From contig NC_068981.1 of the NCBI RefSeq assembly GCF_001194135.2, positions 78,578,919 through 78,630,485 on the forward strand: a stretch of DNA of 51,567 nucleotides. The letters are read 5' to 3'. The notes beneath the pieces were generated by a model, which was not told where the DNA came from, made no database searches, and saw nothing but the letters and a program-made list of their open reading frames with translations. The stretch comes from Octopus bimaculoides. Its lineage: Eukaryota. Positions 37,798 to 50,008 of the stretch are shown piece by piece. How positions within the stretch are numbered: the stretch's first letter is position 1; every line of letters starts with the position of its first letter. The translations under genes and the position numbers were made by a program.

Positions 37798-38346
37798 ATC
37801 AGCCCCATGGCAGTGTCCCATCATTGCTGCAGCCAAACAGCTGACAGTACCATAAGAGTAATCCCAATATACACGTCTTTTTCCTTGATTAATTTGTCAT
37901 CATCATCTTCATTATCACCATCAATATCATCAGTATTTTCATACAACACTGTGGTGCATCGAGAGGCAGTAAATTCTTGCAAACCAGAGTCCACAACTCA
38001 GTTTCAGTTGTCCAGATGAATTTGCTTGTCTTCAATCAACATTACTGATTCTGTTGGAAGAGTCATGATTGTCTCATAAATGTCTTTTCCCCAATCATCT
38101 CTGTTGAAAATTATCATCACCATCATCATTATTAATATTATTAATGTGGTGAGCTAGCATAATTGTTAGTATGCTGAACAAAATACTTGGTAGCATTTCT
38201 TCTGGCTCTGTGTTCTGAGTTCACATTCCACCAATGTCAACTTTGCCTTTCATTGTTATGAGTCAATAATATCTGAGTATTAGGGTCATTGTAATCAAGC
38301 AACCCCTTCCCCTAAAATTTCAGGCTATGAGCCTATAGTAAAAAGG

Positions 38347-38393
<47 letters not shown>

Positions 38394-38899
38394 AAATTTG
38401 TATTACCTATTTGTTGTGTAACAAATGAAAATGGGTTATAATACATGGCCATATAAGTAGAGGAAAAGATGAAATAGCAGTAAAAGAGAGCAAAAGTGTG
38501 TGAGTTAAATTACTGAGGGAAGAACTTAAAGAGTGATAAAGAAAATTGATGTGGGACATCGATGTGAAAGTATGAGAAATAAGACAATGTGGAAGAATGA
38601 TAAAATGGGAAAAGGAGCTGGGGAGGTAAATCATGTGAGAGCAGGTATGAATGAAGAAAAAGGGACATGCACATACAATCTCTCTCTTTCTCTCACTATA
38701 TATATATATAAACACACACACATACATAAATATTGTAAGCTAGAAGAGATTAGATAATCCTGATGCCTACCTCATGAAGCACTCATACAATTGATGGCTG
38801 TCTGGAATTGTAGAAAGGAGAATTTCTCCTGCAGAAAATCAGGTTTTGAACAAATGGAAAGTTCAAAAGGTTCCCTTTTGATGTAAAGTATAAATGATT

Positions 38900-39526
38900 A
38901 TAAGAGAAGAGTGGAGTTTATGGCATTACATTTATTCCATGGTTTACAATTGTTTCAGCAACTTGCAGGTGACCAATCACACTTCATGTCTGTAGGTATG
39001 GATAATAGCAACAATTTAGTCATGCATATTACATAATGTATATTACATAATAGAACTAAATTGGGAAAAAAATTTTCTTTGATTGGTTCTGAAGAAATAA
39101 CTTCTGGTGCTATTATGCAATATCACATGATCACATAACCAACCAGACTATGGAATGTTGTTATACATTGCTGGTGACAATGCACTTCGTATTGTTTTAG
39201 CCCTCTGAATAATGCCACCCCACTGGCTTGGCAAGCAGATCAGCATTCCCCCTGAGTGTACTAGAGCAGTGTGAAATGAAGTGTTTTGCTCAGGAACACA
39301 ACACACCACTTGGTCCAGGAATCAAATCCACAATCTGGTAATTGTGAGTGTGACACCCTGAACATTTGGCCATGCACCTTCACATTATGCAATGTACCAT
39401 ACATAATAAGCATAACTAATTCATCATTGTCATCTATGTCTATAGACACTATGTAAAATTGATCACCTGTAAGTTGTTGAAACAACTGTAAACCATGGAA
39501 TACCACAAACTCCATTCTTCACTTAT
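38900..39526. mobile_element. MITE-like fold-back element with long imperfect inverted arms (about 38900-39040 and 39382-39526) and a nested SINE
   Basis: attccatggtttacaattgtttcagcaacttgcaggtgaccaat pairs with attgatcacctgtaagttgttgaaacaactgtaaaccatggaat, and similarity extends for about 130 bp. Confidence 0.75.
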
Positions 39527-40727
39527 GATGTATGTGTTATATATATACTCTATATATAGTGTATACTATTTTTCATATATATTAAATATATAACACACAC
39601 ACACATACATCATATACATATATTTCTATATGCAGTGGAAGTGCATGGCTTAGTGGTTATGGTGAAGGTGTTGGACTTATGATCACAAGGTTGTGGTTTC
39701 AATTCCTGAACCAAGTGATGCATTGTGTTCTTGAGCAAAACACTTCATTTCACATTTCTCCAGTCTACTCAGCTGGCAAAAATGAGTAACGCTGCGATGG
39801 ACCAGCATCCCATCCAGGTGGAAAGCATATATGCCATAGAAATCAGAAAACTGGATTTCTGAATCTGTATGACTTAGAAAGGAGCTTTATCCCCCCTTTT
39901 TCCTTTTTTTTTTTTTATCCTTCTATATGCATACTTACACGAACTCTATGTATACATATATACAAGTTTAAGTAAATTACTTACATACATACATGCACAA
40001 AAATTATGTACTCATATCAAAGTTTTTTATTTTTTCACAACATAGATGTGTACACACACATACACACACACACATGAAAATGTTTGCAAATGATAAAAAA
40101 ATAAATCATTGAGGTTAATTAAAAAAAGTTAATTATATTAAATATTAACAAATACAAGTTCACAAACACATATTTACAGATGCAGATATGTGTATGCATA
40201 TAATTAAACTTACACACCCAGTCTCCTCATTCTCCCTCTCTGTTTCTAGGTTTCCTCACTCTGCTCCATCTGTAATCTGAAGGATGGATATTAGACTAAT
40301 TACTGTAAATATTCTCAAAGAAAACAAATCCATCACATTTTGTTTTTATTTACTGATCTTTGTCTACACCACAGATCTAAACCCTAAACTACTGTGAAAT
40401 ATTAAAATTTTATAATCAACAAATTTTGTTTACAGGCCAACAATGTAACCCTGTTGGTAATCTTTATTTTACTTATTAAAATTCCTTCTTTGTTATACCC
40501 CTCTCCACAACACATGCCTGTCACCTTCAAATGAAATATAAAATTATAAAGGCAATATCATTGTTACAATAAATAATTTTCTTTAAGTGTCCTAGGAATT
40601 GAGGAAGGCAGTGCTCTCAAGGTTTGAACTTTAAATGTAAAAAGCCAACATGAAAAATCAAGGCATTTTTAATGCACTGATGATTCTGACAATTTGCCTA
40701 CTTAATAATAATAATAATAATAATAAT

Positions 40728-41171
40728 ATTTTGCTTAATACCACAGATTTGCTTGTCAGTTGTTTGACCTTAACCAGCTGAGCATGTCCCTTGGTGGCTG
40801 ATGATATGTGCATCTCTGATCACGAGCTGAAGTAGTGGGGGAGCATCATAGCCATGTGTTGAGAGGAATTCTTTGGGGTTTGAATAATTCACCTTTGGAA
40901 ACATGGGTGTTTTAATCAACATCCTTAAACAAACCTTATTCAGGGACCTTTTGAGTGGGATGGGCTACTCGACCTGAAGAAAATTCTAACTGGGCCCCAC
41001 CTGCGAGGTCATGCGCTGTTTATCTTTATATGAGATCACCATATCGCGCACATATGGTTGTGATGCATGTGCTTGGTGTACCCTTATCAGACGGGTAGTC
41101 ATGATGGGTATAATGGGCTTCGTATATTTTACCCCAGTGTCACTTTGATGATATTCACTGCTCTCTCACTC
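40728..41171. mobile_element. Unclassified interspersed element of about 440 bp inserted in (AAT)n
   Basis: GC-richer unique-looking block bounded by (AAT)n at 40703-40727 and 41172-41184. No ORF. Confidence 0.5.
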
Positions 41172-41184
41172 AATAATAATAATA

Positions 41185-42082
41185 AGTAATAATGATTCTT
41201 TCTACTATAGGCACAAGTCTGGAAATTTTGTAGGAGAGGGCTAGTCAATTACATAGACCATTGTCAGTGCTTAACTGGCACTTGTTTTATCAAGCCTTTT
41301 TGGATGAAATGCAAAGTTGACCTTGATGGAATTTGAACTCAGAACAGAAAGGCAGAAGAAACACCACTAAGTATTTTGTCTTTCTTGCTAATGATTTTGC
41401 CTGCTCACTGCCTTAATGATAATAACAACAACAACAACTGTTTCTAACATAGGCTGAAGGCCTGAAATTTTGGGGAGGAGAATAGCCATTTATATCAATT
41501 ATTCATTTCAAATACTTGCCCTTCTTTATATATATAGATATACGCATATCTATAAATATATAAAGGGGTTTTGATTGGTCATAGTATTGCTGTATGAGAA
41601 CAAAATTAAAATTTCTCCTGTCTGTCTCACGTTTTCTTTTATTCTCTGTTACAGTATCAGACACAATGACTTGTCATATTTGTTCAAGATCTTTATTTAC
41701 AATCTGAGTTCAGATTCTGTGAAGTGCAACTTTGCTATTCACCCTACCCATGAAATATTGGGATCGCTATAATCAAAGCTATTCCCTTCCTCCAACTTTC
41801 AGGTCTTGTCTTTATATTAGAAATTATTATTATTTTTATTATTACAATTATTATTATTATTATTATTGTTATTATTATACAGCAGAATTGTTAGCATGCT
41901 GGACGAGATACTTAACAGTATTTCACCCCTTACTACATTCTGAGTTCAAATTCTGCCGAGGTCAACTTTGTCTTTCATCCTTTCAAGGTCAATAAAATAA
42001 GTACCAGTTGAAAACTGGGATCAATGTAATCAACTCATCCCCTCCCCCAAAAAACTGTTGCCCTTGTGGCAAAATTTGAAAC

Positions 42083-42118
<36 letters not shown>

Positions 42119-42330
42119 GGTGACGAACTGGCAGATTTGTTAGCATGCCGGGCAAAATGCTTAGTAGTATTTCATCTGTTTTCACATTCTGAGTTCAAAT
42201 GCCACCGAGTTCAACTTTGCCTTTCATCCTTTCAAGGTCGATAAATTAAGTACCAGTGAAATACTGGGTTCGATGTAATTGACTTAACCCTTCCCCCAAA
42301 ATTTCAGGCCTTGTGCCTATAGTAGAAAGG

Positions 42331-42367
<37 letters not shown>

Positions 42368-43695
42368 GATCAGTGGAATGGCTGAATCATTATAATGTTA
42401 TAAAATGCCTCACAGAATTTGGCTCTTGATGTTTAGAGTTCAAATCCTGCTGGGGTCAACTTTGCCTTTTATCCCTTTGTTGGGGTCAATAAAATAAAGA
42501 ACCAGTTAAATGCTAAAGTTGACAATATTGACTAACCCCAACCCTCAAAATTACTGGCCTTGTGCCAAAATTTGAAACAATTATTATTATTATTATTATT
42601 ATTATGAAAGCAGGGAAGTGGTAGAAACAGTTGAGTGCCATACTTTACAAAATACCTCAAAATATTTCTTTCTTTATATTCTGAGTTCAAATACTGCCAG
42701 GCAAACACTGCCTTTCAATCTTCAAAAGTACCAGAAGAGTATTCAGGATCCAATCAAATACATTTCTACACTACAACCCTTATGAAATTATTACTATTTC
42801 AAAGATTGGCAAAATTGGTAGAATGTTGGGCAAAATATTTTGTGGTATTTAGTTGCACTCATTTACATTTTCTGTTCAAATTTCACCAAAGTTTTTTTTT
42901 TTTTTTTTTTTTTTTGCTTTCCATCCTTCTGGGGGGGGGGGGGCAATAAAATGAAGTACTGGTCAAATACTGAGGTCAATTAAATACTGTTGCCTCTAAA
43001 ATTTGTAGCCTTTTGCCTATGTCAAAATGCTTGGCAGCATTTCTTCCGACTTCATGTTTTGAGTTCAAATACCACCTTGGTTGACTTTGCCTTTCATCCT
43101 TTCGAGGTTGATAAAAAAAGCGCCAGTTGAACCCTGGGGTTGATGTAATTGACTTACCCTTCCTCTGAAATTGGTGGCCTTGTGCCAAAATGTGAAATCA
43201 TCATCATCATTATTATTATTATTAAAGAATCACTAGAGTGTTGAAAAAATGTATTGTAGTATTTCTTTCAGCTCTGCACATTCTGGGTTCAAATCCCACT
43301 GTGGTCAACTTTGTTTTCAATACAATAAAGTAACAGTCAAGTACTGTGGTCAGTGGTTATCACTAACTCCTTTCCGTCAAAATTACTGACCTCGTGCTTA
43401 AATATTTGAAGCCATCATTGTCCTTATTTGCTTCCACATTTGATAGAATGATGTAATAGTCAAGTGCTGGATCGATATGATCAACTAACCCCTGCCCAAT
43501 CAATTTCAGGCTTTGTGCCTATATTAGAAACAATTTTCTGACACTTTATGTTCTGAGTTCTTTTCCTGCCGGGGCCAACTTTGCTGTTCATTCTTTCAGG
43601 GTTGATAAAATGAAATACCAGTCAAGTACTGGATTGATGGTTTTGATTGAGCCCCCATCCCCTCAAAATTGATGGCCATGTGCCTAAATCAGAGA

Positions 43696-43735
<40 letters not shown>

Positions 43736-44226
43736 CATTATCATCACCACTACTACTGGATCGGCAGAATTGTTGGAGCATTAGATGAAATGCTTTGAGG
43801 TATTTAGTTATGGTGTTTTATACTGTGAAGCCTGCTGAGGTCAACTTTGCCTTCCATCCCTCCAGGGTCGATCAAATAAAGCACTAGCCATGATATCAAC
43901 TAAACCCCTTCCCCTCAAAAAAAAAAAAAAAACTTCTGGCTTTGTGCCTAAATTAGAAAGAAATACCATTATTATTGTTATTGTTGTTGCTGTTGTTGTT
44001 ATTGGGTTGTTTTTTTATGGCAGAATTGTTAGAGCATCAGACAAAATACCTTGTGCTATTTCTTGCAGCTCTTTGCATTCTGAGTTCAAATCCCGCCAAG
44101 ATCAACCTTGCCTTTCATCCTTCTGAGGTCAATGAAATAATGTACCTGTCTGGTAATGGAGTTGGTGTTATCAACTAGATATCACACCTCAAAAAACAAT
44201 AATAATAATTCTTTCTAATTTAGAAA

Positions 44227-44269
<43 letters not shown>

Positions 44270-45262
44270 GCTGCCATCATCATCATCATCATCAATGTAA
44301 AAAACTAAGTTTCCTTATCATTCAGTTTCAATTATTAGGGCAGTGGAAACAATTAGAAAATCAGGTTTGGCTATTTCAAAATACAAATGTTCCTGAAATA
44401 CACTACATTAAGAGAAGTGCTGCTACCATCTACAAGTGAATACAGTATCAGATTCATATCTTCTTTCATATTTCATTACTGATAATGTTCTTAGTTAAGA
44501 TAGATACTTCCTTTGTTCGTGTTAGTCAATAAAATCATCATAAATCCTGCCAGTTTCAACTTTGCCTTTCATCTCCTCAAAGTCAAAAGAAAATTATAAT
44601 CACTTACAAACTGAGTCAATTCACCTATCAATAACTATTTATATTTCAATACTGATTTATCATGAGTACAATTTTTATGGTGGTGGAGTAGCATTGACTA
44701 GAGTTGAGTTCTTGAATGGACGGTGTCCATTAAAATATTTTCTTTCACTTTTTGCCACCGATGTCCCTTGAAAATGTGTGATTGTGCAAGCACAACCATC
44801 TTAACGGTTATCAGAATCATTGGAGCATCAGGTAAAATGCTTAGTGGCATTCCTTCCAAATCTTTACATTCTGAGTTCAAATTCCACCAAGGTCAACTTT
44901 GCCTTTCATCATTTCAGGATCAATAAAATAAGTGCTAGATAAGCACTTGTTGGCGGAGAATGGAGTCAATGTAAGAGACTGGCCTCCTCTCCTTAAAATT
45001 GCTGGCCTTGTGCTAAAATTTGAACGTATTATTATTATTATTATTATGGTGGTGAGCTGGCAGGATCATTAGCACACCAGGCAAAACGCTTAGTGGTATT
45101 TTGTCTGTCTTTACATTCTGAGTTCAAATTCCGCCAAGGTCAATTTTGTTGTTCATCCTTTCAGGGTCGATGAAATAAGTACCAGTTGAGTCCTGGGGTC
45201 AATGTAATTGACTTACCCCCAGTCCTGAAATTGCTGGTCTTGTGCCAAAATTTCAAACCATG

Positions 45263-45316
<54 letters not shown>

Positions 45317-45530
45317 ATTATTATTATCATTATTATTATTATTTATTATTATTACTACCGAATGTGACAGGTAGTAGATGACATACACAGAGGAGTGCCT
45401 TTAAGGATCAACTTTGACTTTCATTCTTCTGGGGTTGATAAAATAAGTACCAGTAATACATTGAAATTGATTCAGTTGACTGTATCTCTCTCTTCCAAAA
45501 TGGTGGCTCCTGTGCTCACTGTTGTTGTTA
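41185..45530 (+). repeat. Array of roughly 15 full or partial SINE family 2 copies, mostly head-to-tail on +, separated by (ATT)n
   Basis: The motif ctgagttcaaat..g(g)tcaactttgcctttcatcc..ataaaataagtaccag..aaatt..ggccttgtgcc recurs every 200-300 bp. The first one or two copies (41185-41510) are on the minus strand. Confidence 0.9.
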
Positions 45531-47079
45531 TTACTATTATTATTATTATTATGAAATGTAAAATGAGAGGAATGTTCTTGACAATCTGGATTTTCTCAGA
45601 ACTGTTTCATTTCTGATGCTTGTTGTCATAACAACAATATGAACAAACATTACAGCTTCCAAGTTCTTCATTTCAATATGTTGATTTTTTGTTCCTATAG
45701 AAGAAAAACAAAAACTTCGCTGGAAACATTACAATATCTTACATATTATTTTTTAAATTTATCAACAAATTTTTGTTTTATTTCTGAAATGGCCAAAAAT
45801 GCAATTGTTATATAATCTAATGTGTGTGTGTGTGTGCGTTTGAGAGAGAGAGAGAGAGAGAGAGGTTTGGCAGAAAAAGAATATTGAGAAACAACACAAA
45901 GAATATTTGATCTCTATGGGATTTTTCAAAACCCACCCGCAGAAAGAAAAAGAAAAGCAAAAGGTGGGGGCTGGAATATCTTCATGATTGCTTGACATAC
46001 TATAAATAGTAGCTATTTTACCCCCAAATCACAAACTAATGTCTTAAAAATGTGAGAAACATAGGANNNNNNNNNNNNNNNNNNNNNNNNNNNNNNNNNN
46101 NNNNNNNNNNNNNNNNNNNNNNNNNNNNNNNNNNNNNNNNNNNNNNNNNNNNNNNNNNNNNNNNNNNNNNNNNNNNNNNNNNNNNNNNNNNNNNNNNNNN
46201 NNNNNNNNNNNNNNNNNNNNNNNNNNNNNNNNNNNNNNNNNNNNNNNNNNNNNNNNNNNNNNNNNNNNNNNNNNNNNNNNNNNNNNNNNNNNNNNNNNNN
46301 NNNNNNNNNNNNNNNNNNNNNNNNNNNNNNNNNNNNNNNNNNNNNNNNNNNNNNNNNNNNNNNNNNNNNNNNNNNNNNNNNNNNNNNNNNNNNNNNNNNN
46401 NNNNNNNNNNNNNNNNNNNNNNNNNNNNNNNNNNNNNNNNNNNNNNNNNNNNNNNNNNNNNNNNNNNNNNNNNNNNNNNNNNNNNNNNNNNNNNNNNNNN
46501 NNNNNNNNNNNNNNNNNNNNNNNNNNNNNNNNNNNNNNNNNNNNNNNNNNNNNNNNNNNNNNNNNNNNNNNNNNNNNNNNNNNNNNNNNNNNNNNNNNNN
46601 NNNNNNNNNNNNNNNNNNNNNNNNNNNNNNNNNNNNNNNNNNNNNNNNNNNNNNNNNNNNNNNNNNNNNNNNNNNNNNNNNNNNNNNNNNNNNNNNNNNN
46701 NNNNNNNNNNNNNNNNNNNNNNNNNNNNNNNNNNNNNNNNNNNNNNNNNNNNNNNNNNNNNNNNNNNNNNNNNNNNNNNNNNNNNNNNNNNNNNNNNNNN
46801 NNNNNNNNNNNNNNNNNNNNNNNNNNNNNNNNNNNNNNNNNNNNNNNNNNNNNNNNNNNNNNNNNNNNNNNNNNNNNNNNNNNNNNNNNNNNNNNNNNNN
46901 NNNNNNNNNNNNNNNNNNNNNNNNNNNNNNNNNNNNNNNNNNNNNNNNNNNNNNNNNNNNNNNNNNNNNNNNNNNNNNNNNNNNNNNNNNNNNNNNNNNN
47001 NNNNATATATATATATATATGTATGTATATATATATATATATGTATGTATATATATATACATATGTGTGTATATATATA

Positions 47080-47676
47080 TGAGGGGAAGTAAAAAATTAT
47101 CCGCACTTTCGCCATAACATTATTGTCAAACTGCCTTCTGACCATGCATGCTTATAGTTGGTACTGTTGTGGTCATGTGATCAAAGTTTGATCCTGATCC
47201 TGCCATTTTTCTTTGTCTTTACAATGTAAGCATGACCGCTCCACTAGCAATGTGCTTCAAAGAAGAACAAAAATCAGTGATCCGAGAGATTGTAAAGGTG
47301 AACTGTTTCGTCATTACCATCTCTTGAGTTTGCTGAATCTTTTCATCAGTAGTGGAAGTTAGCAGGCGTCCTGCTTCATCTTTGTGCATCACGCTTGTCT
47401 GGCCACTTCTAAATTTCTCGATCCACTCGTACACATTTCTATGCAGTTGTGCACTGTACCCATATTGTCCTAATAACTTCCGATGAATTTCAGCACCTGA
47501 CACCTTCTGACCAGAGAAATCGGATCACTGCTCTTTGTTCTTTTTTGGTGCACATTGCTAGTGGAGCAGCCATGCTTACATTGTAAATCCAGAAAGAAAA
47601 ATCACATGTGCAGAAGGCATTGTAACAATAATAAAGATATGTTATGGCAAAAATTCAGATAACTTTTGATTTCCAT

Positions 47677-47679
<3 letters not shown>
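47080..47679. mobile_element. 600-bp fold-back mariner derivative built from two inverted left ends
   Basis: Ends tgaggggaagtaaaaaattatccgcactttcgccataac and gttatggcaaaaattcagataacttttgatttccatttg are inverse. Both arms contain the transposase start (MTAPLAMCFKEEQKSVIR on +, MAAPLAMCTKKEQRAVIRFLWSEG on -). The minus arm continues into the HTH (SGAEIHRKL..VYEWIEKFRSG). Confidence 0.9.
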
Positions 47680-47726
<47 letters not shown>

Positions 47727-47728
<2 letters not shown>

Positions 47729-48311
47729 TGTTTAAAACAGTGATTCAGATTCTAAGATAATTCAAGTTATGCAAACCCCTAAAAGAGCCTGTTCCCTCAG
47801 GCTGATGGTATATCTGAATACATGCAGACATGCATGCAAACTTATTTGTGCTCCCCACACACAACACACACCTACATACACACATAGTACACTTAAGCAC
47901 CATGCCAGCCCACCTGCAAATTCGCACTCCTTGCATATGCACACACGCACATTCACATGCATATACATGCAGACACGCATGCACACAAACCTATACACAC
48001 ACACACACTTATATACACATGCAGACAAGCTCATATGTCCACACCAAGACATTGTCGCCACCAACTTCCTGTTCAACCACATAGCCAAAGAAACTCTCTT
48101 TACTCATATAACTGCTGTCATTTACTAAAAAGTACTACCAACCGTGACATCACGTGACCTTCCTTCACTAGTTGCCCATCCACTAGTAGCCACTTTGGAT
48201 TCCTGTACCTCTCCATTCATTCGGATATATCACCAGCCTGAGGAGATAGGCTCCGTTGGGGCTTGAGAAACTTGAAGTAGCATGGAATCTTAAACTGTTT
48301 TGAATAATACA
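47727..48311. repeat. Imperfect inverted repeat (arms about 47727-47821 and 48217-48311) around a CA-rich spacer; each arm is hammerhead-like
   Basis: ctcaggctgatggtatatctgaat is the inverse of attcggatatatcaccagcctgag, and the similarity runs across about 95 bp. Confidence 0.8.
48222..48290 (+). ncRNA. Type I hammerhead ribozyme candidate with predicted GUA cleavage after 48279
   Basis: CUGAGGA at 48238-48244. Stem II UAGGCUC/GGGCUUG closes a 5-nt loop. GAAAC at 48267-48271. Stem III ACUU-G-AAGU is palindromic. Stem I CCAGC/GC(A)UGG. Position 11.1 is A rather than C in this copy. Confidence 0.7.
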
Positions 48312-48693
48312 TGTAACTCACAATAAATGTATTGAGTGCTCTTTCTTTCATCTGTACACTCACTCATATATATGTGTGTGTGTGTGTGTGTGCAGTGGAC
48401 TCTTCTGTTGTAGACAACAGATGAGGGTTCCACCATTTCTATATGAACGATCTGCACAAAAGATCTGTTTGCAGTGAACAAATGATTGTGCTGTACATTA
48501 GCTCACGCCATCAAATTGATGTTACCTTTACAGGTGCACAATGTACAACACATCAGATGTTGATATGATTGCAGAAGAACATGAAATGAAGCATTTAGCC
48601 CATGAACACAACACACCAACCAGTCAGGATATTGAAACCACAATTTTGTAATTGTGGGTGCTGTACCCTCATTACTAGGCCACGTCACCTCAC

Positions 48694-48732
<39 letters not shown>

Positions 48733-50008
48733 CAAAACACAGGCCGATCATGGCTAGAATGTCTTAGATTATAGGTAAATTATATCAACAACATAATAAT
48801 AATTAATGAATTAATAGCAACAAGATCACCCTTAGTTCAACTGTGATCACCATTTTCTGTTTCTGGTTGTGAAAAAAAAAAAAATTGTAATTATTCACGC
48901 CATCTTTCCTGATGCCCACCATCACCACCACCACAACCATCCAACACCATTATAAAAACAAATTTTAAAAAAAAGGAAATCAAAGAAGAAAATAATATCC
49001 TGACCAACAAATTGTTCATTAAAATAACAATAATCCCAATATATAAGACAAAAAAATTAAAAAATACAGAAGCAGTTTAAACTTTTATTTGTAATGCTAA
49101 AATTGTTTTCAAAATAAACTCCTTCTTCCATTCTTGGTATCATGCTTTTTTAAAAAAAAAATCATTTTTTTTTTTTTTTTTNNNNNNNNNNNNNNNNNNN
49201 NNNNNNNNNNNNNNNNNNNNNNNNNNNNNNNNNNNNNNNNNNNNNNNNNNNNNNNNNNNNNNNNNNNNNNNNNNNNNNNNNNNNNNNNNNNNNNNNNNNN
49301 NNNNNNNNNNNNNNNNNNNNNNNNNNNNNNNNNNNNNNNNNNNNNNNNNNNNNNNNNNNNNNNNNNNNNNNNNNNNNNNNNNNNNNNNNNNNNNNNNNNN
49401 NNNNNNNNNNNNNNNNNNNNNNNNNNNNNNNNNNNNNNNNNNNNNNNNNNNNNNNNNNNNNNNNNNNNNNNNNNNNNNNNNNNNNNNNNNNNNNNNNNNN
49501 NNNNNNNNNNNNNNNNNNNNNNNNNNNNNNNNNNNNNNNNNNNNNNNNNNNNNNNNNNNNNNNNNNNNNNNNNNGCTTCTCCAACATACTGAAAATTTAG
49601 AAATAGCAGTCAAAGAACTACTGATTCCAAACTACAAATTTTTTTCGAGTTATATAGACACTTTCAAATTTATTTGAATATTGTGCTGAAGATCGGAATA
49701 GAGTACCTTCATACTCTTAACCGTGAAACGTCGTACACGATTAACTAAAGGCAGGTTTGTTTTTGCTTTTCTCTTCTGTGTGTGCCATAAATATCGTCAT
49801 CCGTTAGAGAAAAAAATTTGTAGTTTGGAATCAGTAGTTCTTTGACTGCTATTTTTAAACCGTATGAGATGAATAACAGTAAGATTTATTGTAGCATTAA
49901 ATTGTATGTCTGTGTGTGAGTGAATGCGACATAATAAAACACATTATAAGACTGGCCGTCATGTAAAGAGAAAAGAGTGTGTGTAAGTAATTCATGTATG
50001 TGGGTACG

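Noticed and set aside
36984-38757. YI/HT/VC-rich ORFs (also at 8377-8702, 24483-24873, 28072-28308 and 47745-48157)
   Set aside because: Translations of (TA)n, (CA)n and related microsatellites.
41185-45530. Repeat-spacer periodicity superficially like a CRISPR array
   Set aside because: Units are about 210-bp diverged SINEs with microsatellite spacers in a eukaryotic genome, with no cas genes.
48144-48158. gtgacatcacgtgac, an E-box/CLEAR-like and CRE-like motif
   Set aside because: A single short motif with no promoter evidence, lying within an inverted-repeat spacer.
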